64,000 nucleotides of DNA from an uncultured virus (IMG/VR IMGVR_UViG_3300033127_000053). Taxonomy: Duplodnaviria; Heunggongvirae; Uroviricota; Caudoviricetes. Shown here piece by piece: positions 47,519 through 56,863 of the stretch. Position numbers and translations under genes: made by a program. The DNA lies in IMG/VR virus record IMGVR_UViG_3300033127_000053. The stretch is one strand, 5' to 3'. The notes beneath the pieces were generated by a model. The model was not told where the DNA came from, did not search any database, and worked only from the letters and a program-made list of their open reading frames with translations. Every line of letters begins with the position of its first letter. The stretch's first letter is position 1.

Positions 47519-49270
47519 CTACACGTTTTTAATCCAGTCAGAATTTTTAGCCTTAATTTGCTTTGCTAGGGCATAGCGTATGGAATCGATCACATGGTCC
47601 ATCCCCGGCTTTAGCTTTGGTAACACTTCTTCTGTTTTGGGGTCTTCTTTATAAGACCATAACAGGGCCTCTTCTGCTGCGTGCTTACAGCGTGGGTGAA
47701 TTATTATTTTTCGAAAACTTCGCAGGTAGCCGATGCCGTCTTCAACGCTACCCGCCCATTTATCCGCTGCCCTAGCCGTGAGACCGTGACGCCTTAGATA
47801 TGAAATCGTCTCGGGTCGTGCGGCGTCGCAATACATCGTATAACGACCGCCCGTAAGCCCCGGTATATCTCGCCGCCAACGTTCCGCAGTATGGTCAATC
47901 TCAAGCTGACGTTGATAAGACTCATATTCAATCCACAGACAATCGGCGTGTGTCCAGCATTTAACCGCAGCCGTGGGATCCTGCGCGAAGCCGAAGTCGG
48001 ACCCGTAGTGCGGCGCACCCCAGTGCTCACCGGGCTCGAACTCGGCAATATACCATTTTCCATTAAGTACCTGCGCATCCGATTTCTTCCAAAGCCCGCC
48101 TTCCCAGATATGTTGATAAGCTTCCGGGTCCGTCTGCAACATATATTGCCGGTCATCTTCCGAAACGCTTGAGAAATAGGGGTTCTCTGACCAATTGACG
48201 CGGGCAATATAGGCGTTAGGACGGGGATTGACGATGAACTGCTGATAGACGATGTCAGACTCGAATTTCGGGTTAAACGTCACGAAGATTTCCGAGCCTT
48301 CGTTACGAATCGTCGGTGTCAGCACGTTCCAACTATTCGACGAAATAGATTGACCTTCTTCGACCCAAACGTCAGTGATGCCAGGTATCGACTTAATATT
48401 GTCGATGTTCTGCCACATCCCTTTGAAAATAAACTCGGTCCCATTCGTGCCATAGATGCGATCGCGCTGCACATCATACAGATGTGACAAACCATGTTCG
48501 GCGATACGTTCCTTAAGCAAGGAATGTACCGAGTCACGGATAGACACCTGAAATTCACGAGCACACAAAACCTTTCGCCGCCTCTCAGCTCCCCTGACTA
48601 AAAAAGCGTCCGCAACTGCGTACGATTTGCCGCTGTTGTGGTTTATAACACCGCCCTCTGTTAGGTAATTGTTAAAAACGGGCACGTGGAAGTCATAAAA
48701 GCATGAAGTCGACTCATATTCTATGCTTTTTATAGTCAATGCTTTAGGGTCGGAAACACAACGTAAGCGTTGACGGTCGTAGGATTCTAAGTGAAAAGAT
48801 GAAACGGCAACACGCTCGCCGACGCGAAGCTGGCCAATCTCTAGCCATTGTCCGCGACTGGATAAAACTTTGTGACGACGAGTCCCTACCAGTTCCAAGC
48901 CGTTATCGAACGTCACCTTATACAGTGGCTCAGGATCAAACCTAGTTGGACGATTAGCATAACCAATCACTACGCGATCGCCGTCAAATGAATAGACAGC
49001 GCCGCCGTTAAACTCCCCTACTGGCACCAAGCCGGTAGGGGTTTCTATTTTGGTGTCGGCGGATATACAACTCCGTCCGCCCCAAAGGCACTTAAATCGA
49101 TAATCCTCGAACAACGGATCAGCCCAGATGGGCATCTGCATTCGTATGTTTTCAAGGATCTGATGGCTCGCGCGGATAGGCACGGCGTCGGCGGGGCCTA
49201 TCCATTTATCGAATTTGGCGAGGTTTCTATCGAGTTTTTCTAAGCGGTCTAACGTTCTCATTGCGACCAT
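47519..49270 (-). CDS. terL: terminase large subunit (PBSX family) with intein
   Basis: GGRS/SGKS Walker A split by an intein; CAREFQ, WVEE, TFNP, GSDFG and DHVIDSIRYA motifs. Confidence 0.97.
   Translation of the reverse strand: MVAMRTLDRLEKLDRNLAKFDKWIGPADAVPIRASHQILENIRMQMPIWADPLFEDYRFKCLWGGRSCISADTKIETPTGLVPVGEFNGGAVYSFDGDRVVIGYANRPTRFDPEPLYKVTFDNGLELVGTRRHKVLSSRGQWLEIGQLRVGERVAVSSFHLESYDRQRLRCVSDPKALTIKSIEYESTSCFYDFHVPVFNNYLTEGGVINHNSGKSYAVADAFLVRGAERRRKVLCAREFQVSIRDSVHSLLKERIAEHGLSHLYDVQRDRIYGTNGTEFIFKGMWQNIDNIKSIPGITDVWVEEGQSISSNSWNVLTPTIRNEGSEIFVTFNPKFESDIVYQQFIVNPRPNAYIARVNWSENPYFSSVSEDDRQYMLQTDPEAYQHIWEGGLWKKSDAQVLNGKWYIAEFEPGEHWGAPHYGSDFGFAQDPTAAVKCWTHADCLWIEYESYQRQLEIDHTAERWRRDIPGLTGGRYTMYCDAARPETISYLRRHGLTARAADKWAGSVEDGIGYLRSFRKIIIHPRCKHAAEEALLWSYKEDPKTEEVLPKLKPGMDHVIDSIRYALAKQIKAKNSDWIKNV
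48635..49069 (-). mobile_element. 145-aa mini-intein in TerL
   Basis: starts CISADT, block B TRRHKV, block F FYDFHV, ends HN before Ser; no endonuclease domain. Confidence 0.92.
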
Positions 49271-49506
49271 TCAGTTTCTTCGATTGTCGTCCCCTTAACA
49301 TGCAAGCCCGTGAGCTCGTCTTTCACCGTGCCTAGCGCCATCATCGCCGTGAACGTCGCGACCCTAGCGATAGAAAGAAGGTTGGTGTTTGTGTTCGTCG
49401 ACTGATTTATAAAATCCCTAGAATTAGCGAGTATGGTCGGCAAAGCCGCAATGGTAGCGGCTTTGATGAATTCCTTTTCTTCAGTCGGCGTCATTTCATA
49501 GCTCAT
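49258..49506 (-). CDS. hypothetical protein
   Basis: 82 aa, overlaps both neighbours. Confidence 0.6.
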   Translation of the reverse strand: MSYEMTPTEEKEFIKAATIAALPTILANSRDFINQSTNTNTNLLSIARVATFTAMMALGTVKDELTGLHVKGTTIEETEWSQ

Positions 49507-50042
49507 TTTTTGGCGTTCCCCTTGTCGTCGGTTGTGGTGACCATGGCATTATTTTCTGCGCCGGCACCAGGGCGCGATTTAATGGGCGGGCGTTTAGTCA
49601 GTGTGGGGATATCCTCAAGTGCCCGCGCGTTATTGGCTGCGACCCGCTCACGTAGTAACTCGCGGGTCATTGCGACTTCTGCTAACTGAGCTAGAACATC
49701 CTTGACAAGCCGCACATGGACGGGCTCACCGGGATCTAAGTACTCAGTCGCTCTCAGTAGGAAATCAATTGACGCGTGCAGCGCCTTAGGCAGCTGGCCC
49801 GACCACGTCATGTCTTGAGTTTTCAGCTTCAGATCCACAGCTGAAGCTAAATCTAAGTCGGTGTTTAGGTTGTTCCGATACTTCGTTAGCGTCGTGCGGC
49901 TAATGCCATGTTCGGCGCACACGACCTTATCAGTTTTAATCGTGGCATCGGCCAACGCGGCGACAATTTGATCTCTTGTTAACGCACGCCGTCCTTGACC
50001 TTGGCCCGTCTTTTTTTTAGGTGGTCGACCTCTTTTTGCCAT
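49503..50042 (-). CDS. putative terminase small subunit
   Basis: N-terminal HTH (VCAEHGISRTTL); first gene of the late operon. Confidence 0.6.
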   Translation of the reverse strand: MAKRGRPPKKKTGQGQGRRALTRDQIVAALADATIKTDKVVCAEHGISRTTLTKYRNNLNTDLDLASAVDLKLKTQDMTWSGQLPKALHASIDFLLRATEYLDPGEPVHVRLVKDVLAQLAEVAMTRELLRERVAANNARALEDIPTLTKRPPIKSRPGAGAENNAMVTTTDDKGNAKK

Positions 50043-50161
50043 TTAGTTAGAAATTAGTGGACACTTATTAAAAATAGCTTACCGTAGTGAACGAAAAAAC
50101 GTTCAAAACGTTAAGATACGGGGCTTCTATTGATTATTAAAAAGTTAGGATGTAGGCTCTT

Positions 50162-50968
50162 TTGTGTAACGTTTACTCGTCTACGGAATTTTCAAAGATG
50201 GTTCGGCACTACCTAGACAATCCGGCTAGCGATGAAATTAAAGCGGAAACATTAGTATTAATTGAACAGGCGAAAAGTTTAGAAAAAGGTCGCAGCCGGC
50301 GCCGGAATATTGAAGGTCGGATCTGCGAATTGAATCGAGGCTTAGTTAAGTTATTGACTAATCGGTATTTTTATAAAATCACCGATAGCACGACGACTTT
50401 TAATGACCTAATGCAAGTAGGGTTTATAGGGTTATTAAAAGCGATTGATAAATTTGACTCGACGTTAGAAATAACGTTTTCGACCCATGCTAAACAGTGG
50501 ATAGTCGGCGAATTCAAGCACTACAACCGCTCTAATTTTGGCGTTATTAAAGTTCCTGTGCGTTGGTTAGACACCCTTAACGCGGTTAGAAAGCTTCAGA
50601 AAGAATGGCTTAAGCACGGCAAACACTACGAACTTAAAGACTTAGCCATCAATGATTTCGGGCTTAAAGCGCATGAATGGGAAACCATAAAACAAGCCTG
50701 CAAGGGAATCGCGCCCGAAGAATTTAAGATAGGCACTGAAGCGACGGTACCATCGGCGTTGGATGAATTGATCAATTTAGAAAAAGAAGAAGACCTGTTA
50801 TATTCGGCTGCGGAATCTATAACCCTTTCTATACCCATAGAAGACCACAGAATACTAATGCATTGGGTAGACGGGGTAGAGCCTAAGTTAATCGCTAAAG
50901 ACGCGGGGCTTCCAATAAGGGTTATTTCAGAAAAGATAGAAAAGAGTCTCGATAGGCTGTCTTGTTAA
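50162..50968 (+). CDS. RNA polymerase sigma factor, SigF/SigB-like
   Basis: NRGLV, DLMQVGFIGLLKAIDKFD, FSTHAKQWIVGEFKHY and IKVP region 2-3 motifs. Confidence 0.92.
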   Translation: MCNVYSSTEFSKMVRHYLDNPASDEIKAETLVLIEQAKSLEKGRSRRRNIEGRICELNRGLVKLLTNRYFYKITDSTTTFNDLMQVGFIGLLKAIDKFDSTLEITFSTHAKQWIVGEFKHYNRSNFGVIKVPVRWLDTLNAVRKLQKEWLKHGKHYELKDLAINDFGLKAHEWETIKQACKGIAPEEFKIGTEATVPSALDELINLEKEEDLLYSAAESITLSIPIEDHRILMHWVDGVEPKLIAKDAGLPIRVISEKIEKSLDRLSC

Positions 50969-50974
50969 CAACGC

Positions 50975-51790
50975 ATGCAAATAGAAACACAAATAATAAG
51001 AACAGACGGCGGCACGCAGGCGCGAGCAAAGTTTAATCAAGCTCATGCCGATGATATAAAATCTGCAATATTAAAAGGTGAGAAAATACCGGAAATTGTT
51101 GTTTTCAAAGACAGCGAAGGCCGCATTTGGTTAGGTGATGGGTTTCATCGTTTATGGGCATACATCAGCGCCGGTAAGGAAAAGATAAACTGCGAAATTA
51201 AAGAAGGGGAATTACGCGACGCTGTTCTATATTCACTGAGCACAAATAGAACACACGGGCTAAAAAGAACAAACGCCGACAAGCGCCGCAGCGTGATGAC
51301 GATGTTAGAAGACGACGAGTGGTCTAAATGGACTAACTCAGACATCGCCCGAGCATGTAGCGTCACACAGCCCTACGTAAGCATCCTACGCCGTCAGCTC
51401 GCCGGTGAAATTGTTCCTAGTGTCGAACGCACCAAAGCCGAACCAGGGGCAATAATAATCCACGCAGGCACCCGATACGAGATTTCAGAAGTCACCGGAA
51501 ACGGGAAAATATTTAAGTGTGTTAACGACGCCGACATAGTGCTGTTACGGCGGGTCGACTTTAAGGTTATACAGGTTGCACCAACCATTAAAGAATCCTT
51601 AAACACCTGTGATCATAATCACAAGAAAAAGAAACACAATATCGACGAAATGGCAAGAGCGATCGCGACCGGCCGTGAAATAATCGAAGCATTTGTGCAA
51701 GCACGGACAACGCCCAAAGCCTTGAAAGCAAAGGGTCGCGAGTGGTTAGAAGCGAACCCATATGCAGGCACAAAAAAAGCCCGTGGCTAA
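50975..51790 (+). CDS. ParB/Srx-like domain protein with HTH
   Basis: LGDGFHRL, NRTHGL-R--ADKRR and SDIARACSV motifs. Confidence 0.85.
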   Translation: MQIETQIIRTDGGTQARAKFNQAHADDIKSAILKGEKIPEIVVFKDSEGRIWLGDGFHRLWAYISAGKEKINCEIKEGELRDAVLYSLSTNRTHGLKRTNADKRRSVMTMLEDDEWSKWTNSDIARACSVTQPYVSILRRQLAGEIVPSVERTKAEPGAIIIHAGTRYEISEVTGNGKIFKCVNDADIVLLRRVDFKVIQVAPTIKESLNTCDHNHKKKKHNIDEMARAIATGREIIEAFVQARTTPKALKAKGREWLEANPYAGTKKARG

Positions 51791-51915
51791 ACGGGCAAAC
51801 GGCAATTAAGATGTATTAGCTATTGACAAGTCGCATCATACCACGAATGAAGATGTGATGATAGGGCTTTATATACCCGGTTATCCGCGCTATGATGGTC
51901 GAACGTGACTTTATA

Positions 51916-52154
51916 GTGACGTAGCCGCAGGTTACGTCACCACTGTAGCCGCAGGTTACGTCACCACTGTAGCCGNNNNNNNNNNNNNNNNNNNNNNNNN
52001 NNNNNNNNNNNNNNNNNNNNNNNNNNNNNNNNNNNNNNNNNNNNNNNNNNNNNNNNNNNNNNNNNNNNNNNNNNNTCACCACTGTAGCCGCAGGTTACGT
52101 CACCACTGTAGCCGCAGGTTACGTCACCACTGTAGCCGCAGGTTACGTCACCAC
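51916..52154. repeat. perfect 24-bp tandem repeat spanning an assembly gap
   Basis: gtagccgcaggttacgtcaccact units on both sides of 100 N (51976-52075). Confidence 0.9.
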
Positions 52155-52359
52155 GTCGCCACGCTTAATCCTTGCTGCAATTATGACTTAGTGAAATTAA
52201 ACAGAAAAAAGGGACACCGACTTAACACCTAGTCGACGCCCCTTTCTAGAAGTAATAGAGCTTAGTCACCACAAAAGCCCCAGTCCCGCATCAATAACCC
52301 TGACAAGGAATTTAAGCGGTTGTAAACCAAAGACCAAGAACATCAACAAAGGAAGCTCA

Positions 52360-55300
52360 ATGAAAACGTCTAAGTCCACTAACTCAACATCAACAAAACG
52401 AACCAACGCGATGAAAACGTCTAAGTCAGCTAAAAGCCCGAAAATCAACAAAGGAAATTCAATGAAAAGTTCCAAGACTTCTACATCTAAAACTATCAAA
52501 GGAAATTCAATGAAAAGTTCCAAGACTTCTACATCTAAAACTATCAAAGGAGACTCAATGAAAAGCTCAAAGACTTCTACATCTAAAACTATCAAAAGAG
52601 GCCCAATGAAAATTTCCAAGACTTCTGCAAACAGTATAACACTAACTGAGTTTTTAGACGCACTTTCAAAAAATACATCTGACATCTATAAGCCGTGGGT
52701 GTGCGCTTTCAAAAGTGACCCTAGTAAAGTTGTTAAGAACAACGGACGATGGGGCGGGCATCCTGTTATGAAGGTCTCTGAACCATTCAAGCATGATGTG
52801 TCTAAGCACAACGTTTATGTGTGCGTCTCTGGCTTCGGGCAAGCTGAAATATACAACGCTAGAACTGACACCGTAAAGACTGAATATAGACGCCGCAAGA
52901 CCAATTTCGGCTGTATGTATGCGGTGATGGTCGACGACATCGGCACGAAGATTAAGAGCCACAAAATAACCGCTAAGCCGACTATCTGGGTAGAGACATC
53001 GCCGAAGAACTATCAGGGATGGTATCTATTTACATCGCCTGTTTTCAACGTTGATATAGCGGGCCGGATCGCTGATGATATGGTTGCTAGCGGGCTCACA
53101 GATGACAGCCGTGATCCGGGCATGAAAGGCGTTAGTCGTTATGGACGTATGCCCGGTTCAATTAACAATAAAGAAAAGTATGGAAAGCCACATAAGGTTC
53201 GTGCTTTTTGGGGTGATCCTGATAAGAAAGACGCCAATCGTTACAGCGTCGAGAAAATCTATAAAGAGTTCGACTTAGGAGCGCCGCCATCGCCCGAAGA
53301 AGTTAACACCCATGCGTGGAATTACATGACCTCTGGGAGTGTTAACGAGCTAGAAGCAATGGGCTATTTTCTCGACGATCCATTGTGCCGATTCTTATTT
53401 CAAAAAGAGTCAAATCAACGGCCCGGTGAGAAACAACTATCGACGGTGTTTGATCGCGAATGTTCGGACGGTTGGAAGTTGGAATTCACGTGCCCATGGG
53501 AAGAAGAACACAGCACTGAAACGAAGGGTCGTGACGTCGGATTGATTCTGAGTTTAAGTAAAGAGCCCGACACCGACTTCGACATCGAGGGTTTATTTGA
53601 CGATGAAGAAATCGAAGGTATTGACCTAGACGATATCAACGTCATAGTGACGCCTAGCATCGGCTTTAAGTGCTTTCATCGCCACGACGACATGACTTTA
53701 GCTGATATATGGCAATGGGCGCGCGAGAACGGCTTCGACAAGTGGGCGACTGAAAATTTTACCGAAGAGGAAAAGGGCCAACTGGTCAGTAACCGCGAAA
53801 GTTGCACGTTGGATGAAGACGAGGATTTTAACGACCTTAACGCCGACGTCGAATATGCTTTAGAGAGTGCTAACCCTAAAAAAGAGATCCTAAAACTGAA
53901 GTCTTTAGATCCGCGTAAGTCTAGGCTCATAGATGAGTTAGCCGAGTCTATCAAGGAAAATAAAGAAAGACGTGAGCGTGAATTAGAAGCCATCAAGCGC
54001 TTAGTCAATACTGAAGATAGAAGTTTAGATGTCACCGAAATACTACCAGGCGGCGGCGGGCGGTTAGCTTACCTATTGGAAAAACGCGCTAAAGCGATGG
54101 GTGTTAGCGCCGATTGGCTATTAACGCTATTGATCCCAACGATGGCGACCAACATGGGCACCAAGCACGTGTTAGACGCTCACCCTGACGCGGAAACCGG
54201 CAAAGGTCATTCAATAAAGGCTATCTTTTGGACGCTGTTAATCGCGCCTACAGGCACCCGTAAGTCGGACGTTTTAGACATGTTCACCAAGCCTTTGAAC
54301 ATACTGCAAGTTGAAGAAAGGAAAAAAGCCGAAGAGATAGCCAAATTAAAAGAGGAATACGCCGACCAAGGTGTCGACGAAGAAGAAACCCCACCTATCA
54401 AACAATATCTTCTTGATGACCACACCGAAGAAGTTCGGATCGATTGTTTGGTCGACAACCCGACTGGGATCTGTGTAGCGCACGACGAAGCCGAGGCGTT
54501 TATCACGGCAATGGCAAAGTACAAAAAGAGTGACGGTGGGTCTAAAGCGCAATTGCTTAGTGAATGGAATGGTAAGTCTATTAACAAAATCAGGCGTAGC
54601 CACGAGCCGATCAATTTACTTGAAACATCAATACAGAGACTCGGTGCTACACAGCCGCCGCAGCTTAAGAAAATGATGGGAAACCACAACGACGATCAAG
54701 GATTCTGGGCTCGATTCCTCATTTGCCTAACACCCGCGACCTATCAGCTAAATGACATCGCTAAGTTAAAAAAGGCGAGCGCCGCCAAGCGCGAAGCCCG
54801 AAATAATGCCAAAGGCGAACACAAGCAACCATTAGATAAGTTCACAAAAGGATTACTGAACGTCCACAGACGGCTAGACGACTATCCTAAGCAAGCGTAC
54901 GACTATCTCTATAGTCCTGACGCGGAAGATATTATCTACGAATTTGAAAACACGTTGTTATCCACACAGCACAGCATGAATGAAGACGATAAGGAACGCG
55001 GCGCGATATCTAAGTTTGCCGACTACCTGCACCGCGTCGCCCTATTCCTGCATATCCTAAATCATGCGCTCGACAACAAGGACGGAACAGTCCCAACCTT
55101 AGACATCGAAGCACACACCGCAGACAGCGCCGTTAAGGTCATTAAGTTCTATATGTCTCAGTATGAGCGGATGCTTGACCTGAATAGCCCTGACAGAGCC
55201 CTCGTCGGACACTCGCAAAAGCTTCTTACATGGCTTAAGAAAAAAGGCGGTGCATTCTCGGTTAGGGACATTTCTAAAGCGTCAGTATTACGGCGACAAG

Positions 55301-55398
55301 GATATACATCAACATCCGAATACTTAGAAGTATTAGACGCCTTAGTTCAATCTGAGTTAGCCACGGTTAGCAAAGACGGCAAGTACAAAGCTAACTGA
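52360..55398 (+). CDS. RepB-type DNA primase fused to a DUF3987-like helicase domain
   Basis: VMVDD, VETSPKNYQGWY and RMPGSINNK primase motifs; CPWEEEH Zn site; APTGTRKS Walker A and HDE Walker B. Confidence 0.88.
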   Translation: MKTSKSTNSTSTKRTNAMKTSKSAKSPKINKGNSMKSSKTSTSKTIKGNSMKSSKTSTSKTIKGDSMKSSKTSTSKTIKRGPMKISKTSANSITLTEFLDALSKNTSDIYKPWVCAFKSDPSKVVKNNGRWGGHPVMKVSEPFKHDVSKHNVYVCVSGFGQAEIYNARTDTVKTEYRRRKTNFGCMYAVMVDDIGTKIKSHKITAKPTIWVETSPKNYQGWYLFTSPVFNVDIAGRIADDMVASGLTDDSRDPGMKGVSRYGRMPGSINNKEKYGKPHKVRAFWGDPDKKDANRYSVEKIYKEFDLGAPPSPEEVNTHAWNYMTSGSVNELEAMGYFLDDPLCRFLFQKESNQRPGEKQLSTVFDRECSDGWKLEFTCPWEEEHSTETKGRDVGLILSLSKEPDTDFDIEGLFDDEEIEGIDLDDINVIVTPSIGFKCFHRHDDMTLADIWQWARENGFDKWATENFTEEEKGQLVSNRESCTLDEDEDFNDLNADVEYALESANPKKEILKLKSLDPRKSRLIDELAESIKENKERRERELEAIKRLVNTEDRSLDVTEILPGGGGRLAYLLEKRAKAMGVSADWLLTLLIPTMATNMGTKHVLDAHPDAETGKGHSIKAIFWTLLIAPTGTRKSDVLDMFTKPLNILQVEERKKAEEIAKLKEEYADQGVDEEETPPIKQYLLDDHTEEVRIDCLVDNPTGICVAHDEAEAFITAMAKYKKSDGGSKAQLLSEWNGKSINKIRRSHEPINLLETSIQRLGATQPPQLKKMMGNHNDDQGFWARFLICLTPATYQLNDIAKLKKASAAKREARNNAKGEHKQPLDKFTKGLLNVHRRLDDYPKQAYDYLYSPDAEDIIYEFENTLLSTQHSMNEDDKERGAISKFADYLHRVALFLHILNHALDNKDGTVPTLDIEAHTADSAVKVIKFYMSQYERMLDLNSPDRALVGHSQKLLTWLKKKGGAFSVRDISKASVLRRQGYTSTSEYLEVLDALVQSELATVSKDGKYKAN

Positions 55399-55420
55399 TA
55401 AAGACATCAAGCGACGATTT

Positions 55421-55452
55421 ATAACCCGGTCTTTAATAGACCGGGTTTTTTT
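55421..55452 (+). terminator. intrinsic terminator
   Basis: aacccggtct-ttaat-agaccgggtt followed by a T run. Confidence 0.85.
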
Positions 55453-55535
55453 AGTGTCAATAATTTCTATATGATCGTTCTTATTGACAACCATTATTTT
55501 TAAGAAATTCCTACGAATAAATAACCATTAATAAA

Positions 55536-55990
55536 TTGTCGTACAAATCGTACAATGTCGTACAGATTGTACGACACCCTAAAAAACTCTGTAACCATTG
55601 GTATCACTCATTCCCAGCGATAAATAATTAATTGTCGTACAGTCGTACAACTTTATAGAAGTACCTATATTTTTGGGGTAGTAGTGAAAAGTGTAAAAAT
55701 AGCCAAACTGGCACATAGGGTAAAAATAAAATAATTAAAACCCGTAAAAACTAAAAATCTCTGTAACCCAATACTAGCAAGAGTTACAGAGATATATATA
55801 AAATAGGAGTGAGAAAAAGTTCTAAAAGTTGTACGACATGTACGACAAGCATGTAAAAAGAATAAAAAAAATAATAATAATAATCTAAAACCCCTTATAT
55901 ATATACCTTATAGCCTTTTTTTACTTATTTCTATTTATTTATTTAGGGTGTCGTACAATCTGTACGACATCTGTACGACTTGTACGACAT
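55536..55990. repeat. symmetric iteron region, putative replication origin
   Basis: about 12 GTCGTACA/TGTACGAC copies; perfect 29-bp inverted repeat 55555-55583/55942-55970; AT-rich. Confidence 0.75.
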
Positions 55991-56121
55991 TTTTTATCTT
56001 CGTTTTTTCAACTGTCACACACCTATAGATGTTTCCTGCTTGAGTGAAAATTTAATTGATCAAAAAAACCCCGTTATCATTAACTTCACGTGATTCTCAA
56101 TAAACTTTTTAGGCGTCACGG

Positions 56122-56151
56122 TTGACACTTTAATCTATCTGCGAGTAAAGT
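56122..56151 (+). promoter_or_regulatory. sigma70-type promoter
   Basis: TTGACA-18-TAAAGT before ORF 56182 (RBS GAGGA). Confidence 0.6.
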
Positions 56152-56181
56152 GGAGACGTTAAAGCAATTACGAGGAATACT

Positions 56182-56817
56182 ATGCCTGCATACCATAAGA
56201 GCTACGACGTCGCTCGCAACGCCGATTCGCTGAGTGAAACCCATGAATGGTCAATCATGACGCCAACGCCCTATATGCTCTTCCACGCCACGTCGCCGCA
56301 GTATAAGGACGTCATCCTATATCACCGTGTTAAAGACTGCACGGAACTAGAGGCTTACCGCGCTGGTTTGGTTCCCACTGTCTATTTCAACCCTGAAACA
56401 ACAGAGCGATTTTGGGCGCGTCGTAAAACCGTCCGCGACCTCGGCTTCACACTGACGGCACTAGAATCCTATCTAATGAGTTTTTGCAACTTCTTAGAGG
56501 ATTACTTGGTTGATCCTACACAGCCTGAGGGCGACAAAAACGTCGTCGTGTTATCTCAGCGAGAGACGTGGACATTCGCATCGAAGCCCACGTCGGAATT
56601 AGATGATTTGATCATTCCCGGTGATGCGACTGAAATGCCGTTGCTATTGCCGGCGCTTGAGGGTGAAGGTGACAAACCCATTTTTACGAATGCAATGCGT
56701 TTGATTTCCGCGTATTTGGAGAAGTGCAATGTCCCTGATATGTGTAGAGAATCATTTACGTTTTCCTGCTTGACTTCGGTTTCTGCCAAGTCTCCTGAGG
56801 AATATTGGGAAAAATAG
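56182..56817 (+). CDS. hypothetical protein
   Basis: 211 aa with RBS. Confidence 0.75.
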   Translation: MPAYHKSYDVARNADSLSETHEWSIMTPTPYMLFHATSPQYKDVILYHRVKDCTELEAYRAGLVPTVYFNPETTERFWARRKTVRDLGFTLTALESYLMSFCNFLEDYLVDPTQPEGDKNVVVLSQRETWTFASKPTSELDDLIIPGDATEMPLLLPALEGEGDKPIFTNAMRLISAYLEKCNVPDMCRESFTFSCLTSVSAKSPEEYWEK

Positions 56818-56863
56818 CGACAAGCCGCAAACGATTTAATTGCCAAATTCGAATTAGAAACCA

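Noticed and set aside
51823..51851. sigma70 promoter at TTGACA 51823
   Set aside because: No convincing -10 element at 16-18 nt spacing
51916..52154. CRISPR array, or the 88-aa ORF (GYSGDVTC repeats) over the 24-bp repeat
   Set aside because: Units are contiguous with no spacers; the ORF start abuts the N gap and upstream frames are closed
52266..52685. 139-aa hydrophobic minus-strand ORF
   Set aside because: Antisense shadow of the primase N-terminal repeats
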